In this document: positions 25,514 through 36,035 of the stretch, in pieces
How the letters are laid out: each line of letters opens with the position of its first letter
Position numbering within the stretch: the first letter of the stretch is position 1
Assembly: GCA_964035545.1 (NCBI GenBank)
Contig: OZ037771.1
Location: forward strand, 4,993,190 to 5,057,189
DNA length: 64,000 bases
Reading direction: 5' to 3'
Source: Bugula neritina
Taxonomy: Eukaryota > Animalia > Bryozoa
Notes under the pieces: generated by a model
What the model saw: the letters and a program-made list of their open reading frames with translations, nothing else
What the model was told of the DNA's origin: nothing
Database searches by the model: none
Program-made: the position numbers and the translations under genes

Positions 25514-28500
25514 ATGGAGACTGAAAATGCTAGAATGCAACCACCCCCAGTAGAAGGTGAACGTAGAAATGATGTTAACCCTGTAAATCGTGAGGGAGAA
25601 GAAGCTTATAGATATTGCTTGAAAGCTCCCACCTTTACTGGGTCAGAAGATGTCGAACAGTTTATACAAGAATTTAGAGAGGTAATGGAGATTTCTCAAT
25701 GGTCGCACAGAGTGGCCCTTATCCAATTGCGGAGAGCGTTGACGGAGCAAGCCAAGCCGTACGGAGTGGGAACGGACGTAAACGGGATACTGGCTGCGCT
25801 GCGGGCCCGTTTTGGCATCTCCGAAATAGACGCTAGGACCAAGCTACAGAGATTGTGCCGCACCCCGCGGACCTCGCTGCAAGAACATGCCGCGACGGTG
25901 AAGAAGCTGGCACAGATTGCGTATAGTGACCTACCAGCGCAACACCAAGAGCGTTACACATACGACGCCTTTGTCCAGTCACTAAACGACCTGGGCCTAC
26001 ACCATCAACTTCGAGCTAAAGGGATAACCAGAATAGAGGATGCCCTGAAGGCTGGAGAAGCTTACCTGTTGGCTACCCAAATGCATCGAGCACAACGGAA
26101 CCCACCAGCAGTTGGAGTCAGTGCTGCCAGGGCTATGACAGGCCCCGAAGCCCCCCCGCTGGAAGCCGAAGTGGACCGTATGGTAGAGATGCTGGGACAA
26201 CTGGTAACAATTCTGGCCGGCGCTGGCCCCGGTCAGGCCCTGCGGGTGCCTCCAACACCTGTGGGGCAGGGCTGGAGTAGTGCTGGTCAGGACCATAGAC
26301 AGAAAGGACGACCCCAATACCAGGGGGCGTTAAACTGTCACGGCCCGCAGACGATCTCCCTCGGGCCGCAACTGAAGGAGTCTGGTGGGACACGCCGTCG
26401 TCTGTCCGTACGGACACGACGGAACACTCCTCCCGAGTGGCAGGTACCACGCAGGACTAGTAGGCCCGCACAACGGCCAAGTACCTTCTCCCTGCCACTC
26501 GCCAATTGGTTCCACCGGTTACCTCGGGAAGGGGAGCCCGCCACTGAAATGGAGCCGGAAGGCCCAGTGGAGAGCCCCAAACCCCGCCGGCACCAACCTC
26601 GCCGCCGGAAACCCCGTAAACCACGGGTGAAACCCCCGCCGTCCTACCAATCTAGGACAGCACATGCGGGGGGAGGGGGGGTGAAAGTACAACCACATGG
26701 AGAGAGCTATTTCCTACCCGGAAAGGTGGCCGGCAACGCCGTCACTTTCCTGCTCGACTCCGGTTGTACTACCAACCTTCTCAGTCGTAGAGTCTTTGAG
26801 GCACTGCCCCGCCGGGACAGGGATAGAGTACGACCGTATACGGGGGAGCATGGCACCCTGGCAGACGGGTCATGTATTCCCTTCTACGGTATTATCGAGC
26901 TCCCTGGGCGTGTCCGAGACCAGGCTGTACAGGAGACTTTTGTCATAAGCCAACTGGAGGAAGATGCTATCCTCGGAATGCCCTTCTTGAAGCAACACCA
27001 GTGCCGAATAGACTTCAGCAAGTCGGTGGTGCTGATGGGCGGGCGAGAACTCGCCTGTGTGGATAAGTTTGGGCGTCCTCTGGTGGACGGTGTTCAGGTA
27101 GTCCAAAACTGCACCGTGCCCGGACGCTCCAGAGCTACTATCCACTGCCGAGTGAACAGCAACCGGATAGCCAGGCTCGGGGTCGTTGAAGGCGCGCACG
27201 AAAGGATCCAACTCGCTAGTAGTTTAAACCGACTAACTGAGCGAGGGGAGGTCTTAGTGCAGTGTGTCAACCCCTTTACCGAGCCCATTGAGCTCCCAGC
27301 TGGGTCAATGCTGGGCCGGTTCCACTCCGTCCAGGAAGAGGACGTGGGCCCGTCGCTGGGTGACGCGACGGAGACACTCCCTCGACACCCTACTCAGGGG
27401 CGAGGGGCAGTCCCAACACATCTCCGGGAGTTATATGAAACAGCCTGTGGCGGCTGCGCGAGCAACAAGGAACGCCAAGCGATGGCGAAGTTGCTACGCG
27501 ACTACGGTGATGTGTTCAGCAGCGGAGATCATGACATGGGGCTGACGGGAGTGGTCAGACACGAAATACCGCTGACTGCAGGGACAGTCCCTGTCCGGCA
27601 ACCCAGGCTGGGGCCGGAAAAAGAAAAGGAGGTTAGCCGACAAGTACGGGTACTTCTGGACCGCGGCCTCATAGAGCCCGCCCATAGTGCGTGGAGCTCA
27701 CGAGTCGTACTGGTCCGGAAGAAAGACGGCAGTTGGCGGTTCTGTGTGGATTACCGCAAACTCAATAACGTAACCATACAGGACGCCTACCCTCTACCTC
27801 GTATTGACGAGTCATTGGACGCCCTAGCCGGCAGCAAGTACTTCAGTACGTTAGACTTGCTAAGCGGCTATTGGCAGGTTCCTCTGAGTCCCGACGCCCA
27901 GGAGAAAGCGGCGTTTATTACACGGGACGGGTTGTGGAAGTGGAAGGTGCTGCCCTTCGGGTTAACCTCCGCTCCAGCCACCTTCCAGAGGCTGATGGAG
28001 CAAGTCCTTAGCGGGCTCCATTGGAAGACACTGCTGGTCTACCTTGATGATGTCATCGTGATCTCCCCAGACTTCGAGACACATGTCAGTCGTCTGCAGG
28101 AGGTTTTCGAGAGACTCCGAGGTGCCGGTCTTAAGCTCAAACCTTCCAAGTGCGCTCTATTGCAGCCGGAGGTCAAGTACCTGGAGCACGTTGTCGGTCG
28201 AAACGGCGTGGCAACGGATCCCGAAAAGGTATGGGCGGTAGAAGACTGGGTCACCCCCCAAGACTTGACCGGACTCCGGGCTTTCTTGGGGCTGGTAGGG
28301 TATTACAGGCAATACATACCGGACTTTGCGGACATAGCCCAGCCGTTAAACCGGCTCACCGCAAAGGGAGTGACGTGGCAGTGGACCCCAGTCGAACAAG
28401 GAGCGTTCGACCGCCTCAAGGACTGCCTGCTAACGGCGCCCATCTTGGCCTACCCAGACCCCACTCTGGAGTACATCCTCGACACGGACGCCAGTGACCA

Positions 28501-30727
28501 AAATGTTGGCGCTGTGCTGTCTCAAGTGCAGGAAGGCCGAGAGGTAGTGGTAGCCTACTACAGCAAGTCTCTCTCACCCGCTGAACGAAATTACTGCACT
28601 ACCCGCAAGGAGCTGCTGGCAGTAATCAAGTCAGTGAAGCACTTCAGACCATACTTATACGGCAGGAAGTTCCGGCTGCGTACGGATCATGCCTCGCTGA
28701 TCTGGTTGTGCAAGAGAGCAGAGCCCTCCAGTCAGGTCGCCCGGTGGCTCGAAATCCTAGCTGAATTATCCTACCGGATCGAACATCGACCGGGCAGAAG
28801 ACACAGCAATGCGGATGGTTTGAGCCGCCGACCTGATGGAGGTTGCAAACAGTGTCTCAACATCGAGAGGAGGGACGGAGGTCCCCCGCGATGTGAGTTA
28901 GAGACGCTGGCTCGCCATGGAGCACCGTTTGACTAGGACCAGGGTCAACTCAGACAGGAGGTTGACGAGTCCCCGGAGGTTGTACAAAACCTCCGCGCCA
29001 ACCCTGTACTGGCCGAAAATGTTCGAGAGCTGAAGAAGCTCCAGGAAGAGCTACCTGGAGTAGTGGCAGACATATATCGGGCCAAAAAGGAAGGGCGACG
29101 ACCCAGCGAGGAACGCATAAGACAGGGATGCGCCAAGTTCCGGCTATACTGTCAGCGTTGGGACTCGCTGCGGATCGGGCAGGATGGGTTACTAACCATC
29201 TCTCTAGCCGCCAGCGGCAGACACCCAGAGAGGAAGAGGGTAGTCTGCCCCACTGCCATCCGCCGTGAGTTGATTTGGGATACTCACAAACAGGCCCACG
29301 CAGGGGTCAAGAGAGTGATGTCCAAATTACGACTCCGGTGGTATTGGCCACAAATGGAGCGTGACGTCCGGCTAAGAGTCAAACAGTGTGAGATCTGCCA
29401 GGCCAGTAAGCATAGCCGTCCCCCTGGTGAAGCAGGACGGCGGAGGTTATATGCTGGAAGGCCCTGGCAAGTAGTCGCTGTAGACCTGGTCGGACCCATG
29501 CCCCTGACCCCCAGAGGCAATAGTTGGATTTTAGTACTGACCGACCACTTTACTAGGTGGGCGGATGCTCTGGCTATCCCAGATGCGTCAGCCCCAACAG
29601 TGGCCAGGGCACTAGACCAACATGTATTCTGTTATTTTGGTCTCCCCGAACAGATACACTCTGATCAAGGCGCTCAGTTCCAGTCCCAACTGATGAGCGA
29701 CCTTTGCCACCTCTGGGGAGTAAATCAGAGCCGGACCACCCCCTACCACCCTCAAGGTAACGGGGTGGTGGAGCGCAACAACCGGATGCTAGGTGATGCG
29801 CTCCGGAGTCTCCTCCTTGGACGAGGCCAAGAGGAATGGGATACGGTGTTGCCGCAAGTCATGCGTGCATACCGTAGCACCCCACACACCAGTACTGGTG
29901 AGACCCCAAACCTCTTGATGCTCGGGAGAGAGACTCGTGTCCCTGACCATCTTACCTACCACGTTCCAGAGCAAGACAACTCGGTTCACGAGTATGCCAG
30001 TGAACTAGTGGAACGGATGAAGGCCGTACACGATATACTGCGCGAACAGCAATGGAAGGTGCGGCACGAAGATTCCGATGAACCACCCCTCTACCAAACG
30101 GGAGATAAGGTGTGGATGGTCAATTACTGTAGGCGTCGCGGACAGGCGGCTAAGTTACAGCCTAAGTTCGTGGGACCCTACGTGATCATCGAGGCTATGC
30201 CCAACCATACGTACAAGATTGAGCGCTCAGGACAGGTGTCTATCCAGAATGAGTCTCGCTTGAAACCGTATTGGGCTAGTCCCGACGCAGTGGGAGAAGC
30301 CCCCCCGTTGTTGGAGCCCAGGAGGCAGACAACAACTCGCGGGCGACGGCGGCATGGACCTGAATACGAAGTGGTCATACCGCGGGAAGAAAACTTGGTG
30401 AGAGAGGAGCGACAGCTTTTGCCAGCAGAAGCGTGTCCGCCACCGCCAAGTCTAATTCCATCACTTCCAGAAACCGAGCCGGTTCCGGAAGTGCAAACCC
30501 CCACGGAGGGAGGGGCTCCATCCGGAGAACAAGAAGAGGTGACCGCTAACGGTGAAGTAGAGATGCCATTAGAGGCCCCTACAAATAAACCGGCGAGCGT
30601 GTCACCCCCCCTAGAACGGGGACAGCGTACGAGGAAACCCCCACCATATTTAAAAGACTTTGTATGTGACTGCATTAGAAGCGGCACGCATGAAAGTCTA
30701 GGGGAAAACCGTACGATAAAATGTTAG
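25514..30727 (+). pseudogene. gag-pol polyprotein of C, one frame with one in-frame TAG (28934-28936)
   Basis: LLDSG, YLDD, DTDAS, HHCC, DDE and GPY motifs; the stop corresponds to a Trp in A. Confidence 0.95.
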
Positions 30728-30910
30728 AGTTGTGAACCCCACGCAAATATCAACTTTTGCGAGGGCGGAATAGTGGGAGGAATTAATGCGCGTAAAGCAA
30801 ATAGTTCCGACTTCGTGCCTCAGAAACAATGCTCAGCCTTTTCTTATGCTGACATCGCCAGAGGCAGACGTATATCACAACCAGCTCCAATCTTACCAAG
30901 AACGTTGAGT

Positions 30911-32040
30911 ATGGACATTAATACCGAGTTCACAGGTAAGCCAGTATAAGTCTTGTATTCCTATCCATGGAAACGGGCTCTATGCCAGTAAATTCTGAAC
31001 TAATTCAACAGGTTGAATCAGAATTACTGGGAACCACGTTTCACGTGAATGACGATGAAGACACTGTAATGGCCGACGGTCTGTTAGACCTGGAGCTAGA
31101 CACTGTTCTTGGTCAGTCCACACATGATTCACTGGTTCCTCGAGTGCATTCTAAAAGTTGTGACTCTCAGGCTAGTAACAGTCGACCGTCACTAGAATTA
31201 TGTTGTAAAGATCCACCGCGATCTAACAATAATTCTACTTTTGTAGACACACTCGCGCCCGTCTCTCCGGGCATGCCTTCTCTAGAGATGGCATGGGACC
31301 CAGAGCCGGCCCCACCAACTTCCACAACCGGACAACTGCCACCCCAGTTGGAAGCAACCTCCAACTGGACTACCCCTGCCACAGAGAAAGAGATTAAGAC
31401 TCATAGAGGAGATGACAGTAACCGTGAATGCCGCCTATGTCAGCAGCGGTTTACAACCCATCGCAGGCTGAGAGTCCACTTGCCGCAGCATTACATCACA
31501 ACGTTCTGCCCCTGCGGAGAATATAGTTATAATTGTGATTATCTACTGCGTCACCAACGCACTATGCAGTGCTTTCAAGGACACGTCTATGAAGTAGACA
31601 AAGCATCATATCCCGCATTCCTTAACGCCATCAGACCCCTCATCACTGACTCGGCTCGGCTGTCTCGCCTCGAGCAAGGCTTTCCCTCCCCTCGACCCAT
31701 CATCTCTGAAACTATGGATAAGCCTACAAAATCAGCTAACTCCCCACCTCTCAGTCCTATACGTCAACCGCATACACTTCCCCGTGTCGTACTACAGAGG
31801 GTAGACACGAAGGCGTATACACTCCCTCCCCCACTTCCATCTTCAGAATGAAAAAGGCACAGACAGCAGACCTTCTCTCGTTCATCCCCTCTGGCCCGCA
31901 ACTTACGTGAAGTAGAAGCTAGGGCACGCGACCTGGAGCAAGAAGTGTATAGACTGGCCCCGCGCGTGCATGCGGCATCCAGTGAACTCAAGTATCTACA
32001 GGAGTCTATTAAACGCATGAGGCGGGCGGCCCATGATTAA
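30911..32040 (+). CDS. ORF3 of element C: acidic, zinc-finger, basic and coiled-coil protein with one premature TGA at 31849-31851
   Basis: Micro-exon 30911-30935; donor GT 30936; acceptors end at 30988 and 31246; frame continues past the stop to ...LQESIKRMRRAAHD*, matching A. Confidence 0.82.
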
Positions 32041-32678
32041 CATGAGTCCATCTCCAACTCCATACTACTCTTCCCCCCCTACCTCTCTGTGGCATTCCCT
32101 CCCGTTACGGTGGCACGTACTCTACATGTAAATAGGACTTTCTTTTACATACTTGCATCATTCATTGTGCATATATTTTTTATATATATACCTGTACCTC
32201 TAATCAGTTGGCTCTTGTATATACTTTTGTATCGTTCTCTCTCTGCCCACTGATGTATAAGTTTTTTTATATGAATTATATTTTTTATCAGAAAGAGGGC
32301 TTTCTGCTGGAGGGGACAGTGTGGTGGCTCGTAGAGCTACCAGCAACACAATACGCAAGGTTGCGTATTGACCCGGAACGATGTACTAGCCAATTAGCTA
32401 AGCTGCTTATGAGTAATAGTAGCAGCTTCGCGCTACTAGCTCAGTTGAGGATAGTGCTGTAAATTAAATAGACGTGCGTATTATTAACTGTTGTATATTA
32501 GATTTTATTATGTATTCTTGTATTCAAATATAACGATATCTACTCGACTTATCTCGGTGAAGTTCCTCTAATTATAAATGACTCTCTTGGTTGCACATCG
32601 ACCCTAAATCTGAAAATCATAACACAACATTGTCAAAGATTTGTAAAGGGGATGTTGATGATATGCTGAATAAGCTTT

Positions 32679-33297
32679 ACTTGACTTACTTGACTTACTT
32701 GAAGATGCAATCACGTTAGACCACTATATTAGTGTAAGCGACGTGCCTCGTTTGGTGAACAGAATTATTAAATGTAGTTAATACTTTTATCGCATAAGTG
32801 CAGTTCTGTTTTAAGACTTTGGTGCCAGTACAGGGCCTTATGAGTCCTGTCTGTGAGCAGCATTTGATGTTATTTTCATATCACGTATTGTTCTGGGTAG
32901 GAAGCTGGCATGAAATAGTGAGGTGTTAGTTCTAAAAGTGGTGGGCATGCCATTTGACTGGGACCTGGTGGTAGCTGATGTAGTGGGCTGATCGATGAGG
33001 TGTTCATACGACTTTGAGAGTGAAGGATGATATTCCTCTTTGGCCAGGATCCGCATCAAGAGACTAAGTCGTAGGTCTTTGCGCCTGTTTTGCAGGGGGG
33101 TTAATCCAAGCCTAGATCTTGCCTCATCTGAGCCAACCCTGCCTTTAATACCTGCCACAAATCTCACAGCCTGCTCTTGTACTTGCTCAATATCTACTAC
33201 AGCCTTCTTGGAGCTGGGGTCCCACACAGCAGCAGCATATTCTAGGTGAGGACGACACAGGGCTTTGTATGCTATTAACTTCGCCTTTTCTGGTGCC
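32679..33297 (-). mobile_element. 5'-truncated LINE (CR1/L2-group-like 3' end) inside the 3' LTR of D
   Basis: RPHLEYAAAVWDP...IEQVQ...SFLPRTIRD C-terminus; (AAGTCAAGT)n tail; LTR sequence resumes on both sides. Confidence 0.85.
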
Positions 33298-33729
33298 CTT
33301 TGTTTGTAAAGGTTTATACTTTATACTATGTTATTCGTGTTATTTTTATTAGTCAGTTTGTGCTTTTAGATCTATCCAGAGTGGACCTTTAATATCTTGA
33401 GCAATAAACAATCTTAAATTCTTTGACCGGTCTATGAATCTATAAAGCAAACATAGCATAAACAAAACCCATTTGAGCCGTCGCTAACCTGTTTCCTGTT
33501 ATTGTAAGCATTTTCCGGCAGTCCTTGAAATCAGGTCAGTAAGTAAAAAGAGGAAAGGCTTGCATTTTGGATGAGGAAGCTACTTCAGCTGTCCCACCGC
33601 TATACTAACCACAATTCAAACCAAAATGTTACTACAAAACTGAAGAACTAACAAGATTTGTCAAGTGTAAATGTAAGTGTCATACATTGCAGTTTTATCT
33701 CGAAGAAAAGTATTGACTTTCAGTTTCAC

Positions 33730-34020
33730 TTTGAGTTTGAAGTCCGAGAATGAGATGCAATGTGAAATTGAGTACGAATATGATAGTGAATAGCAGTATG
33801 AGTATGAAAATATAAATATGAATAACCCATTAGTTAATAATAATAGGAGTATTGAATATGAAGATGGATATGAATATATTCGTATTGATGTTGATAATTA
33901 TAATCGTTATGATATTGATAGTGATATTCATATTATTCTGATTGGTGACATTATTTGATGAGTGATTGATGATCAAAGTGAACGTGTCATCGAGTTTGAC
34001 ATTCACTATGAGTATGGTTT
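33730..34020. repeat. Degenerate hexamer-like low-complexity tract
   Basis: Repeated GAGTAT/GAATAT/GATATT-like units. Confidence 0.45.
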
Positions 34021-35413
34021 GTTTTAAATTAAATTTGATACGAGCAGTATTAAATTGTAGCTTTTGGGTTAGCTTTGGGGGTGGTTTATTGTTAGGATTT
34101 ACTTGGGTTGGCTGAAACACACCTCGAACACCTGTCAAGGAAGGTTATGCTGGAATTTGCGTAGTGAACTTTCAAATATGGACTGAAACCTGTTTTTTAG
34201 AGCAGGTAAAATACCTAATGCCGCAGAGTCAGGACCAAAAACAACTGCCTAAACCTCTGATATTTATCACAGTAATTGCAAGTTGTTAATAATTTTTAAT
34301 ATTACTTTCTGTGTGGCGGGTTCCAATAACTTAACAATAAAATATATGTGTTTCTAATATCTAATGATTGGTTAGCAGAGCTATAATTGTCACAATGATC
34401 TGTATCATATTTACTGGTAGTAAAGACAGTGACGGAAATGTAATTTATAGTGTTTGGCTCACATAGCTATGGGTGTGACAGTGAGGTCATAGTTTGCTGA
34501 TTTGTATGACATCTGCTGCAGCAGAGACAGTAACAGAAATTCTCAACACAGAAGATATAGACCTCTATATTCTGTTTAGAATTGTTGACCAGTGTTACCA
34601 ATTCCAAACTTTTATTCAATAGTAATTGTCCAAGAAGTAGTTTACAAAAAGACAATATGATTTATTCTCAAAGTGAAAGTCTATGTTCAAACTAGAGTAG
34701 ACTTATTATCAGATTATCAGTAATTACTGCAGTATTTATACCCACATATTATTTTTCATGCTAATAACCGGTCTATACCTCCACAACAGTTAGATTATTT
34801 AGTTGATAAACATGAAACACAATGGGATTATCTACTAATTGGTATATTTGATGAACATTAGTAAAAATTGAATAGAATAATATTTTGTCACTTTCTTTAA
34901 GTTATTTTTGTGAGACATAGAAGATTAATATTAAAATACTATTGAACGTTGTCTCCACTGTTTCCAGTATTATTAAGAAATCATTCGTTGTTCTAGCAGT
35001 ACCTGTTAAACAATGAAATGAAATATACTAAATTTTTAAACTAGATATTTCTTCTTGTCCTAAACCAACTCTTATGCAATATTCAATAATCTTGTCTCAT
35101 GTTGTAAGCCAAGTTACTGTCAAACTTGTTGATTAAACCTGTACATCACAAATTATAGAAGGCTATAAATTATCAATAGCTGAACTTGCTAATAAAATTT
35201 ATATTGAAAATTATCAATAAATGAAAATTATATGAATGGATTTGTTCCTTGATTCACCTTACCTATGTTTTACTTGACTGTCTCTCTACTATTTACTATT
35301 CCACTTGCTCTACACACTCTTTCACTCAATATACATACATTGTATACTATCTCATACTCTATTCATAGTACATACATTAGTATTACATTGTAGTATCTGA
35401 TACTAGAAACAAC

Positions 35414-35474
35414 ATGGCTACCAACTCTGTAACCAGTTCTGAGGATGAAGTAACAGCAGCAGCTTCACAAACAG
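35414..35474 (+). CDS. Putative first coding exon of the host LRR gene (MATNSVTSSEDEVTAAASQT)
   Basis: Acceptor TTGTAG ending 35393; AACATGG start context; phase-1 donor AG|GTCCGT matching the phase-1 start of exon 39613. Confidence 0.55.
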
Positions 35475-36035
35475 GTCCGTATACATTATTAGTTAGTCTG
35501 GAGAATAGTAAAATACACACCTGAATACAGTGTTCTTTAAATATACCTGAATAGGTTTCAATTACGTCTTCCAACTTGAAAGATAACATGAAGACTTTGT
35601 TACCCCCCTTTAGGTTTCTTCTCTGAACTGTTATAATGTGGTATTTCTGTATACACCGTAACTTTCTGTAACTTTTATCTGCATGTAGTTTAATGGAGCT
35701 GTCTACTTACCAAAGCTGTTGAGAAACTTCTAGGTTACATGAGAACCTAGGTTACTTCTCATTCTCACCATTTCTTATACATGCTAATATTTTCTTCATA
35801 TTAACAGTTTCTGTTATAAAGTGGGTGTGAAATCTTAAATAGAAGCATCACCGTTGTCTAATAGATAAGTTACTCATATGTTTTCAGTCTACCTGATATA
35901 AAGAGTTGAAGAAAGTCTCAGTTTTATTCCTATTGAATCTTCATGTTGATGACTCAATAATTAGTATGTTTGTCTCTTTGAATATAAGAATATATTAACT
36001 GCTGGATTACATTTTCAATTATTATATAAGTAATA

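Larger units (their letters stand above)
25176..32624 (+). mobile_element. Gypsy LTR retrotransposon C, young, nested in the 3' UTR of D
   Basis: 305-bp LTRs 25176-25480 and 32320-32624 with about 2 differences; TSD CAAC; Leu PBS 25482-25499. Confidence 0.97.
20656..33464 (+). mobile_element. Gypsy LTR retrotransposon D (Mag/K02A2.6-like), host of element C
   Basis: LTR 20656-20850 and LINE-interrupted LTR 32653-33464; 5-bp TSD AAACC; PBS 20851-20867; PPT AAAGGGGA. Confidence 0.93.

Noticed and set aside
30911-32040. ORF3 as an envelope gene
   Set aside because: No signal peptide, fusion peptide or transmembrane anchor; it has zinc-ligand and coiled-coil features instead
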